Shown here: positions 1 to 10,193 of the stretch, piece after piece
Numbering within the stretch: the first letter of the stretch is position 1
Layout of the letters: each line of letters opens with the position of its first letter
Source: a virus
Lineage: Duplodnaviria; Heunggongvirae; Uroviricota; Caudoviricetes
DNA: 64,000 nucleotides
Strand: one strand, 5' to 3'
IMG/VR virus record: IMGVR_UViG_3300035696_000002
Made by a program: the position numbers and the translations under genes
Notes under the pieces: generated by a model
The model's database searches: none
Told to the model about the DNA's origin: nothing
What the model saw: only the letters and a program-made list of their open reading frames with translations

Positions 1-1146
1 AAGCCGCTGGGCAACATCTACGAATTCCGCAATGATTTCTGTCTCTACCGGAAGCAGTACATCGGCAGAGGCCGCTATAAGAAAATTCTGACTGGGTACC
101 AGAATGTCCCCACGGTGAAAGCGGCCCTGCGGCCATTCTTCCTTGGTCGATCTCAGCGGCAGGTAAAGGAAAAGCTCCCACGGCTGAGCACTGTGTTTCA
201 CCCTATCGACCTGAACGATAAGCAGGTTCAAATCCTTGAACACGATCTGCCCAGTGGCAATATCGAACTCCCACCAATCTTGTACAAGGTCGCCGGAGAG
301 GCTGGCTGGCGGGAGAAAGAACGTGACCCGGAGAACAAATGGACGCAGCTTTCGGTGCAGCAGTTGGTAACCAATCACTGGGCGTTACTCGACCGTAACA
401 ACGAGAAAGAGTTTCACACCCGGAGCCTGTCCCCCAAGGAAGAGGCCCTTCTGGACATGCTGGACGGCGATTACCGGGGTGAGAAGGTCGTAGTGTACAC
501 CAAGTACCGCACGTGGATCGACCGTCTGGAGTGGCTTACCAAGAACAATTACTTCACCAGCAGGAAATTCCTGAGAATTACTGGGGCCGAGAACGAAAAG
601 AAGCGGAACGACAACAAAACATTGTTCCAAGCCCCCGATTCAGGCCACGATCTGATCGTCATCAATGCGGCTGGGATGGACGGTATCAACCTCCAGCAGG
701 CAGCCCACATGATTATGCTTGACGTACCGTGGTCATGGGGCGATCTGATCCAGCTTGTAGGCCGCATGGTGCGTATGGCGTCCCCGCACTCGGCCTGCAC
801 GCTGCACGTAATGGTTGCAAAAGGAACGATTGACGAGTATGCTATCGACACGCTGAAGAGCAAGAAGGGCGTCTTCGAAAAAATCCTCGGAGAATCCCAC
901 TCTGCTGGTATACTTGATGACGGCGGGCTCCTTGACCTTGAATCAGGTATGGAAGCCGGAGGTACGGAAGAAGAGTTTGCTGACATGCTGCATGCTCACG
1001 TGAAGAAGGGCAGCATGAAAGACTTCCTGTCCGGCGACAACATTGGTCGGGCCAAGAACGCGAATTATCAGATGTCGTTTGAGAAGGGCAAGAAGCAGCA
1101 GAAAAAGAAACAGGAACTCGTTCTTTTCGACGCAGAGGAATTATGA
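1..1146 (+). CDS. SNF2/SWI2-family helicase, C-terminal part (5' truncated by window)
   Basis: Frame open from base 1; HELICc motifs KVVVYT, ITG, GMDGINLQQA, DVPW, QLVGRMVRM, GTIDE. Confidence 0.88.
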   Translation, partial: KPLGNIYEFRNDFCLYRKQYIGRGRYKKILTGYQNVPTVKAALRPFFLGRSQRQVKEKLPRLSTVFHPIDLNDKQVQILEHDLPSGNIELPPILYKVAGEAGWREKERDPENKWTQLSVQQLVTNHWALLDRNNEKEFHTRSLSPKEEALLDMLDGDYRGEKVVVYTKYRTWIDRLEWLTKNNYFTSRKFLRITGAENEKKRNDNKTLFQAPDSGHDLIVINAAGMDGINLQQAAHMIMLDVPWSWGDLIQLVGRMVRMASPHSACTLHVMVAKGTIDEYAIDTLKSKKGVFEKILGESHSAGILDDGGLLDLESGMEAGGTEEEFADMLHAHVKKGSMKDFLSGDNIGRAKNANYQMSFEKGKKQQKKKQELVLFDAEEL

Positions 1147-1484
1147 GTTTAGCTCTGACAGTGCTGGAGTTTGTTGCAGGCCTCACCTTCGGTGTGATCC
1201 TGTTGGCGTATGTTTACTACGCCGGAATGATACGCGGACAACTCAAAGAATTCGCGATCTGGGCTCAGTTGATCGACACTATCCAAGCCCCAAACTGGCA
1301 ATCCATTCCAAAGTTGTACGAAGACCCGGAGAAACAAAAAACCGCCGCACAGACCTACGTGGCGGTTTTCAACATGGTGAAGGATATTTTCCAGCGAGAT
1401 GCGTTGGTGCGGCGGTTTGAAACCGCCCTCGACGGCGACCAATTGATTTCTGACAAGGAAGCCGGGTCTGCTATCCATGGATAG
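1143..1484 (+). CDS. Hypothetical protein with N-terminal TM helix
   Basis: ATGA overlap with helicase stop; hydrophobic N-terminus. Confidence 0.6.
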   Translation: MSLALTVLEFVAGLTFGVILLAYVYYAGMIRGQLKEFAIWAQLIDTIQAPNWQSIPKLYEDPEKQKTAAQTYVAVFNMVKDIFQRDALVRRFETALDGDQLISDKEAGSAIHG

Positions 1485-1676
1485 TTTCTTCGTCAATTGC
1501 CCTGATGTCATTCAAGCGACCAAGGCCCTCGAAACCCACATCAGAAATTGCAGAGATTGTCACGTAACGCCGGATGAAGATACCCACTACTGCTCCGAAG
1601 CAGAATTGCTGTGGATGGTTTACCGCGAAATCCTCAGGCAAAAAACATCCAAGATGGCCGCTGGCCAGATGAATTG

Positions 1677-1889
1677 ATGGCGTTCAAAGACCTTAACTGT
1701 ACTTGTGACGAATACTGCCGCTGTTCGTATGGAGCCCCTTGTGCCTGTTCAGGCATGGGCGATGACCCGCACTGCATGTATTGCTGCCAACATCTGACTC
1801 CCGGCATGGAACGGGCGTGGCGAGAAGAATTAGCCACGATGCCCGACTTCGACGATTTCGAAAACGAAGAACCTCAATCCAGCAAATAA
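1677..1889 (+). CDS. Small Cys-rich (metallothionein-like) protein
   Basis: TGATG coupling; 9 Cys in about 32 aa (CTC..CRC..CAC..C..CC). Confidence 0.55.
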   Translation: MAFKDLNCTCDEYCRCSYGAPCACSGMGDDPHCMYCCQHLTPGMERAWREELATMPDFDDFENEEPQSSK

Positions 1890-1905
1890 TCCAGTATTAA
1901 AGAGC

Positions 1906-2217
1906 ATGAGTAAACCAGCGATTTTCGGAACCACCATTTCCATAGAATTCGGGGATAAAGAGTACGGGAATGGTTCGCAAGCCTACATGAACCTACAGGG
2001 CCGCTACCCAGAGCCCGGCAAGCCTATTGATGAACTGGACGATGTAATCATCGACGGGCTGGACATGTACTTCGCCGCGTGGAAAAGTCTGCTGGCGGGT
2101 CGCTACGCATCAGGTGTCATCGACGGGAAAACTTTCAAGGAACAGTTGGCTGCAACCACGGCCAAGTTCGAGAAGGTGCGGAACTTTCTAAAGAGAGAAG
2201 CTGAAAACAATGCCTAG
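1906..2217 (+). CDS. Hypothetical protein
   Basis: ORF preceded by TATTAA box 5 nt upstream; overlaps next gene. Confidence 0.65.
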   Translation: MSKPAIFGTTISIEFGDKEYGNGSQAYMNLQGRYPEPGKPIDELDDVIIDGLDMYFAAWKSLLAGRYASGVIDGKTFKEQLAATTAKFEKVRNFLKREAENNA

Positions 2218-3241
2218 TATTGCCAGCATGTTGGCTGCCTTCAGGGCAGAGGCCTTGCTGGAAAACCAGCCGATCCTTGACGAGATCGCTCAACTTGTAA
2301 AAGACCTCCGTTACAACACTGACGGAGAAGTCATTGCCTTCGATGACTACTTTGAACGTCTGCACAAAGACGTGCAGGACTTACCCCGCCTTGCACTGCA
2401 ATCAGACCTTGCTCCCGGCGAGGACACCCAGTACACGTTGCAACTCATCACCACCATGCAGCAGGTCTACGACGACTGTGACCGTGTGCGTCGGAAAATC
2501 ATTCGCTTTGAAACCCGGCTGCTTTCGGCAAAGGATCAAATCGCCCAATTAGCGGCAACGTTCGGGGCGTGGTACATCTTGGCTGCCAATCAAATCATCG
2601 AGACCAATGAATTGAAATTCCCTGCCGTACAGGTGAAGCAGTTGGCAACCGCAGAGTTCTCCCGCCTCATGGATCACTTGGACATCAAAGTGAACTCCCT
2701 CTTGATGCAGGTCGAGGCTGAGAACATCAAAGTTAAGGAACACAAAGCCACGCAGAAAGAAAAGTTCACGATGGGCAAGACGCAGGCCGATCTCAGTTAC
2801 GCCAGCAATCTGCCCAACTACGGCGAGGCACCAGACAACTCCAGCCAGTTGACCGAGGAGCAGGAACCTGAGGAAGAAGATGGTGGGGATGTTCCGGCCT
2901 TCGTCACCCGGCGTCCGGTAGTCGGCAACAATCCGATGCAGGCTGCGGTAGATGCAGCTAAGCCCGGCGACACTGTGGTATTTGAATTCAAGGAAAACGT
3001 CGCACCAACCATCGCCGCGATCAAGGACAAGCTGACGGTGAGTCCCACGACTACGGTAGAGATCACTGTTGATCCAGTCCCAGACCCGGCCCCCAAGGGC
3101 ACGTTTCACAAAACACTCCCGGCCAAGCCTGTGAGCATTATTCATGACGACGGCGGGCCTATTGCCGCTCTCGATGATGAACCTGAGCCAGCACGCCCAC
3201 CTCGTAAGCACCTCGTGTTTGATGACGATGAGGAGATATGA
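2210..3241 (+). CDS. Hypothetical coiled-coil protein with acidic/Pro-rich tail
   Basis: 343 aa ORF, helical N-half, low-complexity C-half. Confidence 0.7.
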   Translation: MPSIASMLAAFRAEALLENQPILDEIAQLVKDLRYNTDGEVIAFDDYFERLHKDVQDLPRLALQSDLAPGEDTQYTLQLITTMQQVYDDCDRVRRKIIRFETRLLSAKDQIAQLAATFGAWYILAANQIIETNELKFPAVQVKQLATAEFSRLMDHLDIKVNSLLMQVEAENIKVKEHKATQKEKFTMGKTQADLSYASNLPNYGEAPDNSSQLTEEQEPEEEDGGDVPAFVTRRPVVGNNPMQAAVDAAKPGDTVVFEFKENVAPTIAAIKDKLTVSPTTTVEITVDPVPDPAPKGTFHKTLPAKPVSIIHDDGGPIAALDDEPEPARPPRKHLVFDDDEEI

Positions 3242-3768
3242 GAAACTTCTGCGGCACGATAGGACGGTATGACGGCAAGTTCCTAACCCTTGCCTTGCAT
3301 TGCCTCGTCCTACAGAAGCCGATCATGGATTTGGCCGATGCCCAGTATGAAGCCCAGACAGGCCTGAAAAAGAGCCGAAAATCTCATCCCACACTTGGTG
3401 CCCCAGTCACCGAAGAAACTGGACAGATCAGGATGTTCCCGCTCAGCACGGAACAGCGTGAAGAGTTCACCAAATTCGCCAAGAATCTCCAATATTTTTT
3501 GAAGGATGACGACAAGGCCAACGCTGGTATGTGGGATTGGATCACTGCCACAAAAGATTTTGAATTCGCTGACTACGATCATCACGTATTCTTCGACGCC
3601 ATTCCAAATGAGAAGTTGCGGCCCGGTATTGAGATGATGTTTAAGGTGGGGCGGGGGGAGCCATTGGAGGACTACGTGGAGCTTGTTAAGTTCCTGTCGT
3701 GGTTAAATGGCCGTGCCCTGCATGAGCACGAAGATCGACGAATGTCCGAAAGCGGGGGGTGTTTCTAA
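3238..3768 (+). CDS. Hypothetical protein
   Basis: GAGGAG SD, ATGA overlap. Confidence 0.65.
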   Translation: MRNFCGTIGRYDGKFLTLALHCLVLQKPIMDLADAQYEAQTGLKKSRKSHPTLGAPVTEETGQIRMFPLSTEQREEFTKFAKNLQYFLKDDDKANAGMWDWITATKDFEFADYDHHVFFDAIPNEKLRPGIEMMFKVGRGEPLEDYVELVKFLSWLNGRALHEHEDRRMSESGGCF

Positions 3769-4377
3769 ATGCCGCCATTCTACCAAACAATCAACGAGAA
3801 GATCGCCAACGGCGAATATCTGAACAGGCACGAAATGGTCGCCATGTTCTCGGTCTCGAACCGCAAGGCAATCATCAAGCTCCTTGAAAAATACTACAAA
3901 AATTTCTCGGCTGCACGGGGTTCCAGCCACAACCACCAAGACTGGGAGGGCGGCTATTTGGATCACGTGGTTGAGACCATGAACATCGCCTGTCAGCTTT
4001 ACTATCGGTTTAATACGATCCGGGGCTTGCCCTTCGTGCTGGCGGATGCTCTCTTAGTTCTGTTCCTACACGATCTGGAAAAGCCGTTCAAGCACGGCAA
4101 GATTCTCACCTTGTGTGACTGTGGGGCCGAGTGCTCCTGCCCGACCATTCCGGCAACCAAGGAAAATCGCAAAGAATTCCGGGCCAACCTGATTAAGACG
4201 TATGGGATCACGTTATCGCCTGAACAGGAAAACGCCCTGAGATACGTTGAAGGTGTGCCTGACAGCGAGTACACGCCGGGCGAACGCACTATGGGCGAGC
4301 TTGCGGCTTTCTGCCACTGCTGTGACATCCTGTCCGCCCGCCTCTGGTATGATCGCGGGAGAGAACAGGCATGGTAG
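3769..4377 (+). CDS. HD-domain phosphohydrolase
   Basis: HNHQDWEGGYLDHV ... FLHDLEK ... HCCDILSA. Confidence 0.85.
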   Translation: MPPFYQTINEKIANGEYLNRHEMVAMFSVSNRKAIIKLLEKYYKNFSAARGSSHNHQDWEGGYLDHVVETMNIACQLYYRFNTIRGLPFVLADALLVLFLHDLEKPFKHGKILTLCDCGAECSCPTIPATKENRKEFRANLIKTYGITLSPEQENALRYVEGVPDSEYTPGERTMGELAAFCHCCDILSARLWYDRGREQAW

Positions 4378-4856
4378 AGATTGTCTTTGACCCAGATTTC
4401 ACCGGGCCTGACCTCGTAGCAATAGCCCCCGCCATCCCAAACACCCCGGACGAAGTGCTCCACGTTTCGTGGAAGAACACCCGCCAAGAAGCACTCATCC
4501 TCGAAGAGTTCCCCGACAGGAGCTTTGTCCTGCACGTTGATGATCTGGTCGATATCCAGCACGCGGCGTGGCGGCTGGGCCTGCCCTTGAAGGTAGAACA
4601 GAATTTGATCGAGGAGACCAAGCTCTCGCTCTGCCATCAGAAATCCTACAACTGGCGGAAGTTCACCGAAACGAACGGTGAATTCCGTTCCAAGAATGCC
4701 ATACTGAAACTCGCGGCGGAACTGATTCGTGCCAATACTCCGAGCGTGCATTTAACTAATGCAGCAAAAAATGTGGTATTAGACGGTGTGAGCCCGCAGG
4801 ATGCGGACTTGATGTTGAGACTCAGCTTTCTGGAGACAAAGCATGTCAGACCGTAA
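4371..4856 (+). CDS. Hypothetical protein
   Basis: Coupled ORF in the + strand gene run. Confidence 0.6.
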   Translation: MVEIVFDPDFTGPDLVAIAPAIPNTPDEVLHVSWKNTRQEALILEEFPDRSFVLHVDDLVDIQHAAWRLGLPLKVEQNLIEETKLSLCHQKSYNWRKFTETNGEFRSKNAILKLAAELIRANTPSVHLTNAAKNVVLDGVSPQDADLMLRLSFLETKHVRP

Positions 4857-5515
4857 ACACATAGGAAAAGGGGCCGTGAAGGCGGCGAATCGTGCACATC
4901 GGCACGCCGTACACAACGAGCAGATTGCCATCGCAATCCGCAAGGCACGCAGCGGTGAGACGCCCATGAGCGACAAGGCAGCAAAATTCTTTGCCCGGCA
5001 GGCGACTGACCGGATTCTTTCGGAGGAACGCCGTGCCCAAAAAGCTTAAGCCGGAGTGGAAGATCACCGGAACACAAATCGCCCCGGCCCCGTACAACAG
5101 TGCGGGAGTTGAGCACACCTTCTATTTCGAGAAGATGCCAAACAGCAGTCATCCAACCGTCTTCATCTCGGCCTACTGTTACGAGAAGGATGACGTGAAG
5201 TTCATCGAGCAAACAGTGAAGGAAATCGAACGGCTCTTAAATGCCTGAATTTGAGCACGAACCGGGATTCCCGAAAAAGTGGCTCGACAAGAAACAGTAC
5301 ATCCGTGTAGACCCGGTAACGGGTAAGCCGGAACTGATTCGGGTCGAGCCTATGGTTACTGAGGCTGGGGAACTTATCGCACATAGCGTGCTTGTCTACG
5401 TCGATAACAACTCGCCCATGGCCATGGATCGCGAGCAGATCGAAGCCTATTTGGCAACTCTTAATTGCGTTCCGGTCGAAGACGTGTCACAATACAAGCA
5501 CAAGAAGATTCACTG

Positions 5516-5719
5516 ATGCGGCAGGCTTGTGAAGCGTTTGTTTATTCCGAGGGCGGTTGTTCCCTTTGGGGACAGAAGGCCCTCGTGGTGGGTGAAACTG
5601 CTGAGCAGTGTGGGAAGCCCGGTGTAGATTACGTTTCACGGCCTGATAACGGGCGGCTGTGGTTGTGTGCGTACCATTATGATATCTGGTGGAAGATGTA
5701 CGGGCCGGGACGGACATGA
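5516..5719 (+). CDS. Small Zn-finger-like protein (C..CGKP..LCxxH family)
   Basis: TGATG coupling; CEAF..QCGKPG..WLCAYH. Confidence 0.55.
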   Translation: MRQACEAFVYSEGGCSLWGQKALVVGETAEQCGKPGVDYVSRPDNGRLWLCAYHYDIWWKMYGPGRT

Positions 5720-5857
5720 GGAAATTTACAGGCGACAAATGCCCGACATGCGGCACTGAATTTATCGAGGACATGTGTCCGTCCGCTGTTGCCTATCGGA
5801 AACGTTTGAAGGCCCGCCGCTCACGGGCGGCGAAACGGGGATGGAAAACCCGCAGGA

Positions 5858-6118
5858 ATGCTAAAGACTAAGTACGGCTACCACTCAGTCAAAATCAAGA
5901 AGGGTGAGTTGGGTGAGCTTTCCAAAATCCAAGAAGAGTTGGATGAGCTTAAAGACGCCGAAGAACAGAGCGTAAAGATTCTCTCAATGGTTGAACTTGC
6001 CGATCTGTATGGAGCGATCAGGGAGTTCGCCAGACGTAAATACGGCCTGAAGATGAGAGACCTGCACGACATGGCCAAATTGACGCGAAGAGCGTTCGAA
6101 CAGGGGTACCGAAAATGA
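5858..6118 (+). CDS. MazG-like all-alpha NTP pyrophosphohydrolase
   Basis: KIQEELDEL ... ELADLY acidic motif. Confidence 0.65.
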   Translation: MLKTKYGYHSVKIKKGELGELSKIQEELDELKDAEEQSVKILSMVELADLYGAIREFARRKYGLKMRDLHDMAKLTRRAFEQGYRK

Positions 6119-6468
6119 ATTGGGAAAAGGCTACAAAGAAAACAATCGCCGGGGCAACGATGTTCGGGGCAATGCTGTTGATCGCCCCCATCGCAACCTA
6201 TGCTGTCGTTGTCGAGGAAGAGAACGTCCCCCATTGGTTGGAAGATGGGCTGGAGGCCATGTTCGAGGGCGTCGAAACCGTTCTCGATTGGGCTCAGACT
6301 ACGGCACCGGAGCCGGAGCTACAGGCAAAGTAGTATGACTGACGCTGAAGTACTAAACTGGTTCGACGCCAACACGGATCGCCTTCAAGATGTGTACTGG
6401 CACATCGAGAATGAGGGTGGGACTGTCCGTGATGCTGTCCAAGCCCTCTCAGAAATGGATGAAGAGTA

Positions 6469-6960
6469 ATGGCCCTCCTCACCAAACATCACGGGTTTGA
6501 TCTGATGCAAATCGGCTATCAGAAGATGGTCAGCGATGAAGTGTTGAAGGGCCTCGCCCCGAATGCCACAGTCGAGGTCACGCAAGACATCCTCGGTGGA
6601 ATGATTTATAGCCTGCGTGCGTGGGTACTCAAGAGTGAGCAGAAGGAAACCAAGTACGTCAGCGTGGAATACCCGGCTACGTGGTTCGATCATTTCAAGG
6701 ACTATTACCTCAAATCGGGCAATCGCTTCATGAAATGGTTGGTGTCAAAGCTGGCCCCGCCGAAGATGCAGTACAAATCGAAAACCGTGGAAACATTGAT
6801 TCGGATTTGTCCACACGCGGACTATGCTTGGACGCCGGATCAGGTACAGGCGAAGCATGTGGACTTTCTGGAGTGGCGGTTGACTGATGGTGATCCGACG
6901 CCGCACCCGGATAGCAATATCTTCCCGCCGTCGCGACTCAACTTTGAGAAAAACAAATGA
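6469..6960 (+). CDS. Hypothetical protein
   Basis: TAATG coupling, 163 aa. Confidence 0.6.
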   Translation: MALLTKHHGFDLMQIGYQKMVSDEVLKGLAPNATVEVTQDILGGMIYSLRAWVLKSEQKETKYVSVEYPATWFDHFKDYYLKSGNRFMKWLVSKLAPPKMQYKSKTVETLIRICPHADYAWTPDQVQAKHVDFLEWRLTDGDPTPHPDSNIFPPSRLNFEKNK

Positions 6961-7310
6961 CATTCAAGGAACGATGGGCGAAGGTCGAAGCAGCATGGAA
7001 TTGGTGGATCGCAAAGATCGAGGCCTTCCGCCAACGGGTAGGCGGAAACATCAGCATCTTCATCTACGCCTGCCTGTTCCTGCTTTATCCCGCCGTTCTG
7101 ATTCCCGCTGCGGTCTATGAGGCTGGCAGAGGGCACTGGCGGGACGCCGCTGTGATGTTCGTGCTGGGTCTGGTGATGATCCCCATTGCCCGGCTGTTTT
7201 ACTTGTTCGAAAAGTGGTTGTGGGCATTGAGTGATAGATTCATGGATTGGGTTGGGAGGAAGCTTGGTGTTACGGAGGTTCCGAAAGATGGTCGCACAGG
7301 AAAAGCCTAA
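6957..7310 (+). CDS. Hypothetical membrane protein
   Basis: Two hydrophobic segments. Confidence 0.6.
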   Translation: MTFKERWAKVEAAWNWWIAKIEAFRQRVGGNISIFIYACLFLLYPAVLIPAAVYEAGRGHWRDAAVMFVLGLVMIPIARLFYLFEKWLWALSDRFMDWVGRKLGVTEVPKDGRTGKA

Positions 7311-7513
7311 GTACGAATTTGAGGGCGTGAAGCACACGCTCGAAATCGACCAAGACATTTGGGATCACACGCAACGCTACGTTCTCGATCAGATCGCAAT
7401 CATGCAGCGTCACGGTTCACAGCCTGATCCGCCTCTGACGCAGGCCCAGTTCGAGGACTTGGTCTATGTCACGGCGAAATATCCGCAACAGGTTCGCAAT
7501 TTGAGGAAGAAGA

Positions 7514-8275
7514 ATGAAACCCCTACGATTAGTCGGCCCGACTCAATATGAGCGTCTGATGGACGCCGTCAAATACTACCAGCGGTTCGGCTATACCTAC
7601 CTCGACGTGCCGTGGGCTGTATCCAAAGAAGCTGTGGACATCACCCGGCCAAAAGAGTCAACAGGAGAACTGCCCCACTATACGGTGGATGCAGGAACGA
7701 AGGTGCAGCGACACGGCGGATGGTACAGCAACGCCACGGAAATTTATCCTGTAGCCTCGGCTGAGCAAAGTTTCTTACAGCTTCAGTTGACCAACGTGAG
7801 ATCGAGTTTGGATTCACGCGACTCAGGCGGCTATGTCACGCTTACTCCGTGTTTCCGTAACGAACCAATTCTGGACGACCTACATCAGCCGTATTTCATG
7901 AAAGTGGAGTTGATCGACTGGACGGGTGTTTCATCGAATGATGTCCATGACATGATCCAACTCGCTTACGAATTTTTCTCCGAGTACCTTCCGGTGGACG
8001 TTGTCGAGAACAAGGAAAAAGATGCGGGGGCCTACGCATTCGATATCGTGTCACGCCGAGGCCGTATCGAGGTAGGGAGTTACGGTGTCAGACAAAACGA
8101 AACGGTCGGTCTGTGGCTTTACGGGACGGGCTGTGCGGAGCCGCGATTGAGTTATGCCATCGAAGTCGAAGACAGGAAAAACCAGCCGAACCAGTCGGCC
8201 CAAACAAACTCCGCGTCGGGCAAACTCGGAGACCTCCTCCCCGCGTCCGAAGACTACCTCACCCGGCAAGGCTAA
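7514..8275 (+). CDS. Class II aminoacyl-tRNA synthetase catalytic-core paralog (SerRS-like, no tRNA-binding arm)
   Basis: Motif 1 (FGYTYLDVP), SAE (TxE-like), motif 2 PCFRNE..FMKVEL, FDI..EVGS, motif 3 GTGCAEPR. Confidence 0.8.
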   Translation: MKPLRLVGPTQYERLMDAVKYYQRFGYTYLDVPWAVSKEAVDITRPKESTGELPHYTVDAGTKVQRHGGWYSNATEIYPVASAEQSFLQLQLTNVRSSLDSRDSGGYVTLTPCFRNEPILDDLHQPYFMKVELIDWTGVSSNDVHDMIQLAYEFFSEYLPVDVVENKEKDAGAYAFDIVSRRGRIEVGSYGVRQNETVGLWLYGTGCAEPRLSYAIEVEDRKNQPNQSAQTNSASGKLGDLLPASEDYLTRQG

Positions 8276-8451
8276 ACCCTTGAGTGACGAGCAGTTGCGT
8301 CGAGCCGCCCGGCTTGACCCCCGGCAGATGTCTTTTTTCGGGGAAGACCACGAACGAGAAATACGCCGAAAACGCCGTAAATCCTGATAAAATAGGGCCA
8401 TGGGGTTCGAGTCCACAGACTTCCCTTTTCATAAGGGTAGGGGGAGCCTGA

Positions 8452-8550
8452 ATGTGGATGCGGCGGTGTCCTCGGTGCGGTGCAGAGTTGCGTAAATCGC
8501 ACCTGAAGGAAATCGTTCGTTGCATCTGCGGATGGGTCTGGGGAATCTAA
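8452..8550 (+). CDS. 32-aa Zn-ribbon microprotein MWMRRCPRCGAELRKSHLKEIVRCICGWVWGI
   Basis: GGGGAG SD at 8441; CPRC..CIC; TAATG coupling to phosphatase; not in ORF track. Confidence 0.6.
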   Translation: MWMRRCPRCGAELRKSHLKEIVRCICGWVWGI

Positions 8551-9011
8551 TGAATGAAGTGACACTGAACCAAGTTTTTGATCGACTCTTTGTCGGTGAC
8601 TGGCTCATGGGAGCCGGACTGGTCGCCTACAACCCACACAAGGTCACCGCTGTTCTGTGCGTCCACCAAGAGAACAGCTACAAGAAAGACCCGAACATCA
8701 TCTACGCCCTTATCCCGTTCGATGACGGGCACGAAATTCCTGAACGACAATTCAAAGAATGCCTCAGTTGGCTCAAGTTCATGTACGAGAACGGGCACAA
8801 CATCCTGATCCATTGTGCCGCTGGCAGATCGCGTTCTGTGACGATCACCGCAGCATTCATGCACTATGCGGGACTTGCTACCTTTGAGGAGGCATTGCAG
8901 ATGATCGCATTGGCCCGCCCGGAAGCAAGCAACCCGCACCCGGCAGTAGTTGTGTCGGCAAAGAAGATGCTCAAGATTTGGCCGTACTGTGAAGATGCAT
9001 TCAAGGAGTAG
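8550..9011 (+). CDS. Dual-specificity / protein-tyrosine phosphatase
   Basis: P-loop HCAAGRSRS; general acid region PFDD. Confidence 0.92.
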   Translation: MNEVTLNQVFDRLFVGDWLMGAGLVAYNPHKVTAVLCVHQENSYKKDPNIIYALIPFDDGHEIPERQFKECLSWLKFMYENGHNILIHCAAGRSRSVTITAAFMHYAGLATFEEALQMIALARPEASNPHPAVVVSAKKMLKIWPYCEDAFKE

Positions 9012-9014
9012 CCT

Positions 9015-9644
9015 ATGACCCTCGAAGAAACGTTGTCACAAGTGTTCGCGGCAGAGGGAATCACGCCGGAGCACCAAAAAGAGATTCTGGCTTACCTCAC
9101 CGTATTGAAGCAACGCGATGAGAAAACCTACGAGCACTCAATTCGAGTCGCTTTGAAGACAGTTGAGATCGTGAAGCAGGCTCACATGCCCGGCATCACA
9201 CCGCGAATGATGCTTTGGGCCGGGCTCCTGCATGACATCGGCAAGACGCTTATCCCACCGGAGCTATTGAAAAAGACGGGCGGCTTTACTGAGGCAGACT
9301 ATCAGGGCATGGAGCCGCACGTAGAGTATGGCTGGAAGATGCTCCAAGCCTGCCACGACTACACAGCCCACATCATCGTCCGGCATCACCAATTTGGCCC
9401 CAAACCCTACCCATCAGTCCTTCCCGACCTACCCGGCTACCTCAAAGACAAACGCGGCATGATCGACACAGCAGCCCGACTCCTGTCTCTGGCCGACTAC
9501 TACGACGCTATCGCGACCCGGCAGAACAACAAATTTGGAAAACCGCTGACCCCGGAAGAGAAGAAAGCCCAGTACGAGAAAGACAACGCCGACCGGGCGG
9601 AGTTGGTGCTCCAGCTTGAAATTGCTGGAATCTTGCGATTTTAG
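9015..9644 (+). CDS. HD-GYP-like phosphodiesterase
   Basis: TYEHSIRVA, LLHDIGK, HVEYG, RHH..PYP, ADYYDA. Confidence 0.85.
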   Translation: MTLEETLSQVFAAEGITPEHQKEILAYLTVLKQRDEKTYEHSIRVALKTVEIVKQAHMPGITPRMMLWAGLLHDIGKTLIPPELLKKTGGFTEADYQGMEPHVEYGWKMLQACHDYTAHIIVRHHQFGPKPYPSVLPDLPGYLKDKRGMIDTAARLLSLADYYDAIATRQNNKFGKPLTPEEKKAQYEKDNADRAELVLQLEIAGILRF

Positions 9645-9665
9645 GACGCCTTAGTAGAGGCGGAG

Positions 9666-10193
9666 ATGTCACTTAACATCGAAAAACTGCACGCAGCAGC
9701 CAAAAATGGCAAGGTCGCCGCGACCGAAGTCAAGGCCCCCGGCAAGTACGATATTGGCCTAAAATACAGCATTTTCTTGGCTGGTGCCATTGACCAAGGT
9801 GCCGCCGTTGACTGGCAGAAGCAGGTCGCCCGTGCCCTTGACGATCTTGATGTCCTGATCCTGAACCCCCGCCGTGACGATTGGGACTCCTCGTGGGAAC
9901 AAACCGCCGACAACCCTGAGTTCCGCAACCAAGTGGAGTGGGAACTGGGTGCTCAGGAGAACGCCGACATGGTGATCTTCGTGTTCACCAAGGACAGCAA
10001 GGCTCCGATCACGTTTCTTGAGTTCGGCCTGTTCGCTCCGAAGAAAGACGCCATGGTTTGTGCTGAGGAGGGATTCTATCGGCAGGGCAACCTCGACATC
10101 GTCTGTCAGCGGTACGGCATTCCAATCTACCACAGCCTTGACGAAATGGTCGCTGATCTCCACACGGCGTTAGAGGACAAAGTCAATGGGTAA
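9666..10193 (+). CDS. Nucleoside 2-deoxyribosyltransferase-like protein
   Basis: IFLAGAI..DWQ..ILNPRR..QVEWEL..APITFLEFG..FYRQGN. Confidence 0.85.
   Translation: MSLNIEKLHAAAKNGKVAATEVKAPGKYDIGLKYSIFLAGAIDQGAAVDWQKQVARALDDLDVLILNPRRDDWDSSWEQTADNPEFRNQVEWELGAQENADMVIFVFTKDSKAPITFLEFGLFAPKKDAMVCAEEGFYRQGNLDIVCQRYGIPIYHSLDEMVADLHTALEDKVNG

Noticed and set aside
8404-8414. T-loop-like GGTTCGAGTCC
   Set aside because: No acceptor or anticodon stems around it
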